Assembly (NCBI RefSeq): GCF_030028105.1
Contig: NC_092371.1
Span: 15,149,884 to 15,213,883, forward strand
DNA from: Mobula birostris
Taxonomy: Eukaryota
Direction of reading: 5' to 3'
Length of the DNA stretch: 64,000 nucleotides
Program-made: the position numbers and the translations under genes
In this document: in pieces, positions 13,400 to 23,700 of the stretch
Numbering within the stretch: the stretch's first letter is position 1
How the letters are laid out: each line of letters opens with the position of its first letter
The notes under the pieces: generated by a model
Database searches by the model: none
What the model was told of the DNA's origin: nothing
Seen by the model: only the letters and a program-made list of their open reading frames with translations

Positions 13400-13920
13400 A
13401 ATCGCAGGCTTCCAGCCAGAATATGTCCCTCCGACTCCTACATACCACCTGTTAAAGGCAAGCTGGTTTTGAATCTGTTAAAGGCAAGCCGATTCACCAT
13501 GGATTCCTGATACTTAGTCATTCGGATGAGCCTCCCATGAGGGACCTTGTCAAACACCTTACTAAAATTCATGTACATAACATCCACAGTTCTACGTTCA
13601 TCAATCACACTCGTCGCCTCGGCAAAAAAAATGAATAAAGTTAGTGAGAAACGACCTGCCCCAAAACTCTGCTGGTTCTCCCTAATTAACCCATAATGCT
13701 CATAAATTCTACCCTAAGAAATCTCTTCAGCATCTTTCCGACCACTGACCTGAGACTCACCGGGCAAAAGTTTCCAGGATTATCCCTGGTTCTATACTTG
13801 AACAACGACAAAATATTAAATAATCGCTAGTCCTCCATACCTCTGCTGTTGCTAGAGAGGACACGAATATATTGGGCATTGCAAAAGCAATCTCTTATCA
13901 TTCATCTCTCAATCATATGG
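13400..13920 (-). mobile_element. CR1 RT fragment
   Basis: ggaccttgtcaaacaccttactaaaattcatgtacat = reverse of the YMDFSKAFDKV region. Confidence 0.65.
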
Positions 13921-13929
13921 AAGAAACCC

Positions 13930-14240
13930 AACACACAATCTCTAAATGCACCAGTTAAGTACAACTAATCTCCCTATCCTCCACGTGTTTTTTCACAAAC
14001 ATCTGACAAAGCAGGGACACTGCCGTGTCTTTTTTGTAATGTCAATTACGTGCTGGACCTTGGACAGATCCTCTGGAATGATAACGACGAGGCATTTAAA
14101 GTTGCTGACCCTATGGGCCTCTGATACCCCAATGGGGACTGGCTCATGGACTTCCGATTTCCTCCTACTGTTGTCAATAATCAGCTCCTTGCTGTTGCTG
14201 CCATTGATTGATAACATGTTGTTGTGGCACCATTCAGCCA
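13930..14240 (-). mobile_element. Rex1/Babar RT C-terminal fragment
   Basis: WCHNNMLSINGSNSKELIIDNSRR...VSNFKCLVVIIPEDL, homologous to the ORF at 30739-31842. Confidence 0.75.
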
Positions 14241-15319
14241 GATAGGGACCCTGTCCATATGTGTCAGTCCTGTCCTCCAAGGAAGCAAAGACCACACGAT
14301 CAGAAAGGGGACTAGGGTACGAGGAGCAGTGGGCGTGGCTAATGCTTAAAGAACTACCAGAAGTAGAGCTAAACGAAGGTAAAACTGCGCAGTTTCGAAG
14401 ATCTATGGACATGTGCATGGCAAATGGGTTTAGGAGCGGTGGGTGACCTGGTTGGCATTGATGAGTTGGGACAAAGTGTCCGTTTCCATTAGCTATGTAA
14501 ATCAGCCGCCTTTGGTATTAAACAGGGACAGGGTACTAGTGTGATAGCAAGTTAACAGAAGTGCAACAAGGCCCACTTAAAATATTATTTATTACAGACA
14601 CCGCAATGTAAGGGCAAAATATATTTTCAATTAAGGACAACCAATAAAATTAAGGATCAAATATCTTCTTGGTTGGTTCATGGCACAGGTAATTTAACAT
14701 CCAAATACGGCAACTGTGAGGGAGACAAATGTTGGCCTTTACCAAGGATTTTTGAGGGCGGGAGATTTTAATCCCTACATGCCGTTGGGAGACAACCTCT
14801 TCATTCAGGAAACAGGTTTGAACTTCGGATCCAATTGCGCGCGATGATCGTGTGGCCTTTGCGTTCCTGTAAGAGGGGACTGGCCCTGAGAGAGAGCAAC
14901 CATAGTGCCTAGATATAGGTAAACGAGAGGCGATGAAGCTGATGGACAATCTGCTACGATGAGGACGCAAAGGCTCGATCCTATGGATAAGCGAGGGGGA
15001 ACAGGATGAACAACTGTGAAGTGACCGAAATCAGTCAGGGGCTGTGCATCTATGGAACATTCTGCACAGAGCTCCGTAAATGTTCGGTTGCTCAGCAGGT
15101 CCCAGCCTGTTAAAAAAAGATATTTGGAACAACGTGATTCAGCGCTGCAGGCATCAAGCAAGATGGAGATGCGGCGTTGATCAGCCATGAGCTTTGGTAA
15201 CATAGGAATAGGTACACGAGGCCCAATAAATGATCGTATTTATTCCCTTGTGTGTCCAGTATTGAAAACATTTTTACGCATTTATCGGACACGGAGCTGA
15301 CTAAGTCGGCAACACCTTA

Positions 15320-15363
15320 CACCTCTCTCTCTCTCTCACCTCCCCCCTCTCTGTCACACACAC

Positions 15364-15400
<37 letters not shown>

Positions 15401-15665
15401 TCCTCTCTCCTCTCTTTACCCACTCTCTTTCTCTGGCTCTTTCTCTCTCCCGTCCCCCTCTTTCACATCCTTCTCCTTTCTCCTCTCTCCCTTGCTATCT
15501 CTCTCTATCTCTATATCTCTCACACAAAAGCCCTCTCCCCCAACGTCTCATCCTCAGCTCACTCATTCTGATTTTCTTCCTCCTTCACACTTCATCTTTC
15601 ACCCTCCCCCATCGACTTCTCATCCTCTGTCTCCCCTCTCCCCTAACTCATTCTTCTTCTCTTTC
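15320..15665. repeat. CT-rich polypyrimidine low-complexity tract including (CT)n
   Basis: About 340 bp that is almost all C/T on the + strand. Confidence 0.9.
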
Positions 15666-16589
15666 CAATGTATCACTCTCTTGGTTTCCTTTAAGAATTG
15701 TAATTTTACAGTCATTTCATCATTTTCCTCGCTTGTAACAATAAATGTCAATTTTTGCAAACGAGTTTTTTCGAGGATTTAGTTTCAAAATTCGTATCTT
15801 CCAGTTAATACAGTTTCTCAGATTTAGAGTGTTTTTTTAAATGTTTATAATATCTCTGCCACGCCACCACCTTTCACCCGCACCCCACCCCCACCCCCGG
15901 GGTCAGTAACCGCGACACCTGCACAGGATCGCAAACAAGGCAAACTTGACTAAATGTCTCTAAATAAAGGTTGTGCCAACACCGCCCCGGTCCCCGTGGG
16001 GACATGGCGAGGTTCACAGCTGCATCAGTGTTATTCACAGATACATACTCTTCGACCCTGTGAATCACTGTGAGCGAGGGGTTAACTGGACTTACCAGTG
16101 TCTGACGGTCAGGATGGGATTGAATGGAAAGGACCATGTCCCAGGTCATTAATGACACATTTTCGAGATCCCACTCCCGTCTCCCATAACCCACTGAGAG
16201 CTGATCTTTAGAAAAAAAGCCTTACTCAGCACAAAACTGCAGAATATTAGGAGATAACATTTCAGAAATAAAAATAAGCCAAGATGCTAGTGACGTCGTT
16301 AGACAAACGTTGATACAGACTCACACAAGCCGAACATTTATTTGGAAGAAATTTCTCATCATTCATTGCACAATATGCAACAGTCTGTGGACAGGTCGTG
16401 TCGGAATGCAGGGTGGGTGGTGATGAACTAAACCATGGACAAGGGAATCGAGAGGGGTGATGTCCTACACAGGGCCCACTCTCGGTGACATCAATCATCA
16501 GAGTGAGGATAAGAATCAGAATCAGGCTTAATATCAGTGTTTTATGTCGTAGAATTCGACGTTTTGCTGCAGCAGTTCAGTACAATGAA

Positions 16590-16850
16590 GGGCGATACAG
16601 AAACAATTATAAATATTTAATACATACAATTCGAAATATATTAAAATTACAATAAAATACAAATGTGTCATGTAGTTCATTATATAATAATAAAAATAAT
16701 ATTTTGCATATATTAGATATATTGAATAATTTGAAATAAATTGATAAAACGTAATTTATCTACAAACGTATATATACTGTATGTATAGTATATACATATA
16801 TATTATATATATAAATATATATGAAATTATATTTATAATTATATTAAATA
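16590..16850. repeat. AT-rich low-complexity tract
   Basis: Runs of tata/ataaat with very few G or C. Confidence 0.85.
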
Positions 16851-17439
16851 AGCCGTACAAAAGGCAGCGATTTTAAAGAATGAGATAGTGTTCATGGTTT
16901 CGTTCAGTGTCCGTTTGGAAATCCAATGGAAAGGTGGGGAACGCTGTTCGTTAAATGCTAACTGTTTATCTTCAGGCTCCTGAACGTTCTCTCCGATGGT
17001 AGTAATGAGAAGAGATCATGTCTTGGGTGATGGGGGTCCTTTATGATTGATGCCACCTTTTTGAAACAGCTTACACATACTGCCTCGCCAGCCGTTTATA
17101 GCAGAGGGCCGGGGAGAGAGTGTAAGAGAAGTGGTTCATCTCTGTTTCTGCTGCGATGCTGCAGAACAGCGGATAATGCAGGCTCCGTGGACTGCTCAGT
17201 ACCACTCTGAATCCACACAGCGAGCTGGTCTGACCCAGCAGAAGGCAGGAGAATGAATATGGAGAAAACTGGTCCATTAGCGACAAATGATGGGAACACA
17301 AGGATTACTGAACGCCACTCTGAAACCAAGCAGTGCAACACTGGTCTTAGTATCATCAAGAGCAACTACGTCCCAGTGATTCCAAGTTCAACTCTATGAA
17401 TGGTGTTTCTCACGGATAAGACAACTGTATCTCACAACA

Positions 17440-17700
17440 ACATTTTTAAGATGCTGGAGGAAATCGGCAGGTCAGGCATCATCTTTTGAAAGGAATAATG
17501 AGACGACTTTTCAGGCTGAGACTCTTCTTCAGAACTCCTGATGGAAGATCTCTGCCAGAAATGTCAATATTTTATTCACTTGACCTGAAAAGTCGATTGT
17601 TTATTCACTTCCATGAATGTTGCCTGACTTACTGAAAACCACCAACATTTTTCGTGTGTTACTCTCGATTTCTAGCATCTGCAGCATCCCTTCCGTGTAC
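17440..17700. mobile_element. Head-to-head pair of Penelope-like element 3' tails with decayed hammerhead cores
   Basis: Minus arm CTGAAGAagagtctcagcctGAAAaGTC (17500-17533) abuts plus arm CTGATGGaagatctctgccaGAAAtGTC (17537-17568); both continue into the gatgctgcctgacc..ctccagca tail seen at 62035-62140. Confidence 0.6.
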
Positions 17701-18959
17701 TTCACAGTGTTGGTTCCTGGATTCATGGTCATCGGACACTTTACATGATGTAAACTGGCACAAACACGTGTGCAATCACATAAAATTGGTCTATATGGTT
17801 TGCACTGTTCACGGCGTCAATAGCTTCCAAATTAAAAGAGTTTGCAGCAGGAAATACTGCGATATGTACGTTCAACAGAGCCAAATGCGACTTCAGACCT
17901 GAAGTGCAAAAAAAAAGGTATCTTCAATATTAACCCATTCTTGGTGTGCAGGACTGCCAGTGTGGAGGGGATGCAGGCTCGATTCCGGAATTTTATTTGC
18001 TGTCCAAGAATTCATTTAAGAAGAGCAGGTTTGGTGTTGATTGGATCTTTGTCGGATCTGGAGGGGTGCCTCAATAAATTTGCAGGTTACTTAATATAAT
18101 TGACGTCTCTATTTGAAGGTACAGAAACACAATGATGCAAATGCCAAGTCGGGTGTGAGAAGATAAAGAAAGGATTACCAAGATGCTTAAAGTATGAAGT
18201 ATCTGATTGAACCAAAAACAATGTGTCACAGAGTCACATTGTCACAGTCACAGAAACAGCCCCTTAATCCCATCTAGTCCATGCTGAAATATTTACCTGA
18301 TTAGTCCCATCGACCTAACACCCGCATCATAGCCCTCCGTATCATTCTCATCTAATTACCTCTATAAACTTATCTTAACTTTTGAAATCGAATCTATCGC
18401 CAAATCTTCTACTGGCAGCTACTTTTACTCTCTCGCCATCCTCTGAGTGAAGACGTTACCCTGCATGTTCCCCTGAAACATTTCAATTTTCATACTTAAA
18501 CCATGACCTCTATTTCCAGTCTCTCCCTACCTCTGGAAAGATGTCTATTTGCATTTAACTCTATCTCTACCCCGACGGAGATACGTGGCCTGAGACATCA
18601 GGAGAGACTTGGAAAGCTAATTGTAAGTAAGATTTTTTTTAACCACAAAAGTAGACATGGATCGCTTTCAGACTGAGAATAGATACATTAGAAAGTAAAA
18701 AATAAAAACAGCCATGAAATTATCCAAATGTACAAGGAATTAAAATAAAACCTCACGGAAATATAGTTGAAGGAAAGCTTAATGTGATGCTCAATGCTGA
18801 CAGCATTTGTAAGAAGTTGGCTTTGAAGAAGCAAGTAGCACTCAATGCCAGTACTCCTTAAGCTTTTGATCGAGGCTGATATTGCTCACATGTTCCAGAG
18901 TTCAACATATTGTAGAATTCGTAGACTGAATAATACTAAATTCAAATGCACCTCTTAAG

Positions 18960-19500
18960 TGAGAAAAGAGAGTGATACAGAAACAGGTGAGAATAAAGAA
19001 CAGAAAGGGACAGACAGAAAGATAGATAGCGAGAAGAGAGGTGGGGAGTCTTCCGACAGGCAGCAATTTGCACAGCTAGGCGGTCAAATTGAAAGATAAT
19101 AATTGTAAGTACAGCAACTGCAGCGTGTAAAAGAAGAGAGGGGAATAGAGAAAGAAAGAGATAGAGGAGGAGAGGGGATTGCGAAAGATAGTTGTGTGTC
19201 ACAGTGGCGTGGATATTACTTGCTTTCCTCTGGATATGCCTGGAGAAAAGGCCAATTTCGCTCAACCTGTTCTCATAAGGGCATGCTCCACAATCCAGGC
19301 AACATCCTTGTGAATCTCATCTGCACCCTTTCAACAGATTCCCCATCCTTCCTGTAGTGAGGTGACCAGAACAGAGCACAGTGGGGTCTGACCATGGTCC
19401 TATGTAACTGTAACTTTATAAACATGTAAGTCGAGAGGGAAAGGAAGGTGAGTGCGAGAGACAGACAGACAGACAGACAGAGAGGGAAAGAGAGAGAGGA
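18960..19500. repeat. GA-rich polypurine tracts and (GACA)n upstream of IgL
   Basis: 18960-19190 is AG-rich; (gaca)n at ~19457-19480. Confidence 0.8.
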
Positions 19501-19809
19501 GCCAGGGCTACAAAACTTTGATAAGGGAGAGTGCGTGAGAGGTCAATATCCGAAAAGCGTAAGCATACCCTTGCCTTCTTTTTCAATGACCCACATGGCA
19601 TGCCCGTTAACCCTGTGGAAAAGGGAGAGCATCTTAGGGTAGTAGTGCGGGACAAGTCCATTTGGTTGGGATATTCCTGTTTTGCCAATGCATCGGGAGT
19701 TAGGCCCAGCGAACTGGAGCATTTTTCTTGAAAAAGAACTTCGACCTGCCTTTTGTATCGTCAGATACGTTCCCAGGCTACTGAGCCGGGGTGAACACAC
19801 TCAAAGACT

Positions 19810-20060
19810 CCACAACTAATGTTGTTTATTTATTTATCCATCCATCTATGAATTTACTTATGTATTTATTGTTTCTGCATCGTTTGTCTTCTTCCGCACA
19901 TCGGTTGTTTGTCCGTCTTCGTTTTGCGTATTTTAATATATTCCATGGTGTTTCTAAGTATCTACTGAGAATGCCCGCAGGAAATTGAATCTTAGGGTTG
20001 TATACGGTGACATACACATATTTTACAATTAACTTACTTTCAATTTTCCAATTTAAGATC
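19810..20060 (+). mobile_element. Rex1/L2-type LINE 3' UTR
   Basis: gaatgcccgcaggaaattgaatcttagggttgtatacggtgacatac...aattaacttactttcaatttt tail. Confidence 0.6.
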
Positions 20061-20350
20061 CCTAACTTTGGGTCGCGTTCTAATTCATAATGTATTGTAA
20101 TCAATCCAGTGGTTACTGTTTAATGGTCACCACTGCATGTTGATGGCGAAGGTATCGTCAAGATAAAGGAATGTTAGGTATTGTGGGGATTTAATAATTG
20201 TGGCTTTCAACGGTTTAGATCCTAATAACTATTGGGACAGAATCAATGGGGCCGACTGTTTTCTGTCGTTCCAGACAGCAGCTGCTGATATCGAAGTCTA
20301 AAATCAGTTTTAACTGAGTCTTTACAAACTTATACAGGATTGGATATGTG

Positions 20351-20358
20351 ATACAAAT
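20351..20358 (+). promoter_or_regulatory. Variant octamer ATACAAAT ~250 bp upstream of the IgL ATG
   Basis: One mismatch to ATGCAAAT; I saw no perfect octamer in the proximal promoter. Confidence 0.25.
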
Positions 20359-20599
20359 TAAGCTGAAACATTTTAGGAGTGAAAAGTTAAGGTTTTAAAG
20401 ATAAGTGATTTCGCCATTCCCGGAGTCCAACTGTCGGGCGTTCTGCTCCTCCCCATCCTTTTCCTGCCGCCTCCCACTCATTAATATCCCCGTTAATAAA
20501 CAGACCTGGAGCCATCGGTTTGCAGAAGCTGCAGCCGGAGCCTCCCTGTGTTTGTATAACAGTGAGCGATTCGGTCGAAACTTCGCTTCGTCCGGAGAA

Positions 20600-20648
20600 A
20601 TGTCCCGAGTGCTGCCTCTCCTGTGGGCTTTACTGGTCCATTTATCAG
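20600..20648 (+). CDS. IgL: IgL leader exon (L-part1)
   Basis: ATG at 20600, hydrophobic MSRVLPLLWALLVHLS, strong donor G|GTGAGT at 20649; 120-nt intron ends at cacag 20768. Confidence 0.92.
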
Positions 20649-22738
20649 GTGAGTGTCTCATTGCTCAAAAATTGCGATTGCCGCTGATTTTCTAGCGCGT
20701 ATTAAACAATTGGTGGGACTTCCGTTGGCGCCAAGACACCCAAGTAGTTTTATTGTGTTTCATCACAGGTATCCTAGCGGTCCCAGTCCTCAATCAGACA
20801 CCAATGTCCGGTCCTGTCTCTGCGGGGTACACCGCCCGCTTAGAGTATCAGATGCGGAACGGAAATATTGCAAGTTACTACATGCTCTGGTATCGACAGC
20901 GTCCCGGGGAGAGACCGGAGTCGGTGATTCTGCACGATCCAGAGGATGATGATCCTACAAACCGAGGGCCTGGGATCACAAGCCGTTTCCAGCCGTCCGG
21001 AGACCTGTCCAACAACATTCACATCCTGACCATCGGCAACTTGGATCCCCGGGGCTCCGCTGTCTATTACTGTGCAGTGTGGGATGATGAATATATCTTC
21101 GGTCCAGGCATTATCCTGGATGTAAAGAGTAAGTGACTCGCTCATTCCTTTACAAGCAATTCCCATCATAGTCCCTCCTATTTTCCACATCTGTGGAAAT
21201 ATCCATGCAGGAAATAATCGTACCATCTCTATGCCGCGGCAGAGCTTTACCTGTCTCGAATAGGGATAGGAGACCATTCGGTCCCTCAATTTCATGACCC
21301 TTTTACACGAGGTACATACCGACATTCGGAAACTCCTGTTAAGGTGGTGGATGCCCAGATCGATCAAGCATTTTCTCTCCTTTAACACTGAACCCAGGTC
21401 CAGTATTGTCGGAATCGGAACTAGTCTTACCCAATCCCCAAGATTTGGTTACAAAACTTTCCCCAATATTCAGAACTGCTATAAATGGCAGCCAACGCGT
21501 TCAGAGTTGTCCGCCTCAGGTTCAAACTGTTAACCAGGGCACGAACAAGCAAGGAACACTGCAGATATTTTAAGGTACATTGCAGAAAAATGCTGGGCAG
21601 CTAGCGGACTGGACAGAGAATAGAGCGGGAACGGATGGGTTTGCACGTGTCCAGGAGGTAATCCCGGTCTGACCTGGACTCTTCTTGCTTCCTCGCCTCT
21701 CTTCTGCTCACGGGACCGATCTTCTTTTTCGCCATTTCCTCTGCTATCATTTGGCAAGAAGGTTTGGACATCCTGAAGTACTCAATATCCGGGTGGAGGG
21801 GGAGTCATCGATATCTGGGGAGTCACCGGAATTCAATCGCTCGGCTTAGGAGCCAGTGACAAGGTAGCACCGGATTTGTTGATAATAGTTTGGTCCGGAT
21901 TTAGGGTAATTGTTTTTCAGAATCGGGAAAGGAATTGGAATCTGGAGATGACAGTAGGTTAGAAATTTAGAGTTTGTGGCGCTCCTTCACAGAGCTGAAA
22001 GAGTAATATCCATCAATTCACAGCCCTGTTATAGATCTTAAGAACTATTGGGGTCAGGCTAAAACACGAATCCACAGTGATACCAATAACCGGGCAGAGC
22101 CATGTGCAGGAATTGGAGGATGGAATAAATGAGGCTCCTTACTCATCTCTGGTGGGCGCCAGATTCCCCGCCCGGGAAGACAATGGAAGTTAAAGTCCAT
22201 TTAGGATTTGTGATTAATCTGGAAAAATCCGCACTGCCGCTTCATTCCCCGAAAGAAGAACCGCAAACTCCGCCACCTATTTCATTGTTTGTCTCCATAC
22301 TTGGTAGCTTCTAATTATTTTCTGGCGAGTTTTTTTTTTTTTGCCCGAGCTCTGGGAGTCCACAAATTAATATTGTCTCTATTTCGTCCATCTCGTTTCT
22401 CACACACAGGTAGCGAGTCCCGGAGGCCCTTGGTTCTCCTGCTCCCTCCCTCCGCAGTAGAGACCGGCTCCGGTTCTGCTACTCTGTCCTGCATGGTGAG
22501 CGGCTTTAAACCGGGCTTGGTAGAGCTTCGCTGGAGTGTGGATAACGTCGAGACGGAGAACGGGGTGACCACAGGCACCGTGTCACCGGATACCGACCAG
22601 ACCTACAGGCTGAGCAGCTACCTGCGGGTACCCGCCGCTGCCTGGAAAAAAGGTTCCAGTTATTCGTGCACCGTGAGCCACAGCCCGCTGAGCTCGCCTC
22701 TGCGCAACACCATCTCTTCGTCGTCCTGCTCGCGGTGA
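20600..22738 (+). CDS. IgL: Immunoglobulin light chain gene, germline-joined L-VJ-C cluster, sigma-cart/type I (NS5)-like; join(20600..20648,20769..21128,22410..22738), 245 aa
   Basis: Three exons with canonical GT-AG phase-1 introns splice into a stop-free 738-nt ORF: leader MSRVLPLLWALLVHLSGILA, V domain VPVLNQTP...WYRQRPG...YYC, J motif FGPG, C1 domain ending SSCSR*. The class is inferred from the FR1 start, long CDR2 and C-region start resembling shark NS5/skate type I (recalled, not searched). Confidence 0.93.
20769..21128 (+). CDS. IgL: IgL fused V-J exon
   Basis: GILAVPVLNQTPMSGPVSAGYTARLEYQMRNGNIASYYMLWYRQRPGERPESVILHDPEDDDPTNRGPGITSRFQPSGDLSNNIHILTIGNLDPRGSAVYYCAVWDDEYIFGPGIILDVK; donor A|GTAAGT at 21129; no RSS or spacer between V and J. 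Confidence 0.95.
22410..22738 (+). CDS. IgL: IgL constant exon (C1-set)
   Basis: Acceptor tttctcacacacag|GT. Translation SESRRPLVLLLPPS...TLSCMVSGF...LRWSVD...YRLSSYL...W...YSCTVSH...SSCSR*. Both intradomain Cys, the core Trp and the C-terminal interchain Cys are present. Confidence 0.96.
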
Positions 22739-23700
22739 GGCCGCGCCGGATGACAGCACACGTGAATTGTTTGCCCTCATTGGGTCTGTGTAGCCGCGTT
22801 GTGCAGGTTAATTGTGCCTTAATATCCGCTTCTGGGAACAAACAGATGTTCAGTTATTTCAGAAATGAGCGCGATGATTGTCCGATTTTTGTGACGCGTA
22901 ATTCTCAGTAGAATTGTATCCACTGTGCTGAGTCTGATTTCCGTTGTGTGTAGAATGGAGAGAGCTCCCTTTGACTATGTTATAATTAGATCTTGTTCAT
23001 CACAACTCTTAGTAAAGATGCAACTACTGGTTGGTTTCACATGGTCTGTCTTTACTCGCAGTACGTTGGGAGTTTGTTGGCGAATAACGTGCCATCTGCC
23101 TGCCGAGTCACACAGAATTACACTCAAATCCACCAAAATATGGTATTCTGCCATTCCTGACCGAAGCCGATTTCTGTGTCCTACCGTAGCCTCTTCCGTC
23201 TTTGTTAACTTCCCACAATCACTGGGAACTTATTTTCTTCGTCGCCCTGCACCTCTGCTCTTCATTTCTTCCTATCCCTGTGGGAGGGAGCTCGATATTC
23301 TCACTATATTTTGTCCAAATTCTGGCCACGGGTGTTAAGCTGTTGATAGACACGCTGCAAGGTTGTTTACTCATGATGTAGTCATTCTCTACACTTGAAG
23401 TTATCTATTCTCTTAGTTCCACCACAAAGACCAAACGATCTTCTTGTACGCCCCGAGACCAAGCCAAACGCCTCCCGCCCCTCCCATGCCGCCGGCACAC
23501 ACACGCCCACACAGACATATAACCTCCCAGGAAACTCAGCAAATTACCTTCTGTAACTTCTGAGTATCTAAATGTCGAGCTGTTCCAATCCTGGAGAAAT
23601 TATCTGCTCCATTTCCTATCTGTCACCCCTTGGACACGTTATCCGAGCCCGTACACAAATCCACCGCACGGGAGTGTTTTAAAGGACCGGGCAACCGAAC

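Noticed and set aside
14640-15250. Unique-looking sequence with 106- and 132-aa ORFs upstream of IgL
   Set aside because: No Ig, TE or other motif recognised, and no convincing splice sites.
15252-15782. 176-aa Ser/Leu/Pro-rich ORF (also 28515-28967, 62023-62434)
   Set aside because: Translation of CT or GA low-complexity DNA.
18135-18554. Perfect octamers ATGCAAAT (18135-18142) and ATTTGCAT (18547-18554)
   Set aside because: They are more than 2 kb from the leader and lie in or beside CR1 remnants.
20840-21388. 182-aa antisense ORF over the VJ exon (also 22506-22841 over C)
   Set aside because: Shadow ORFs of GC-rich coding exons.
22074-22110. CACAGTG heptamers in the J-C intron and at 19200
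   Set aside because: There is no nonamer at 12- or 23-nt spacing.
22884-22927. RSS-like GATTTTTGT ... CACTGTG downstream of the C exon
   Set aside because: The spacer is 28 nt, not 12 or 23, and no gene segment follows.
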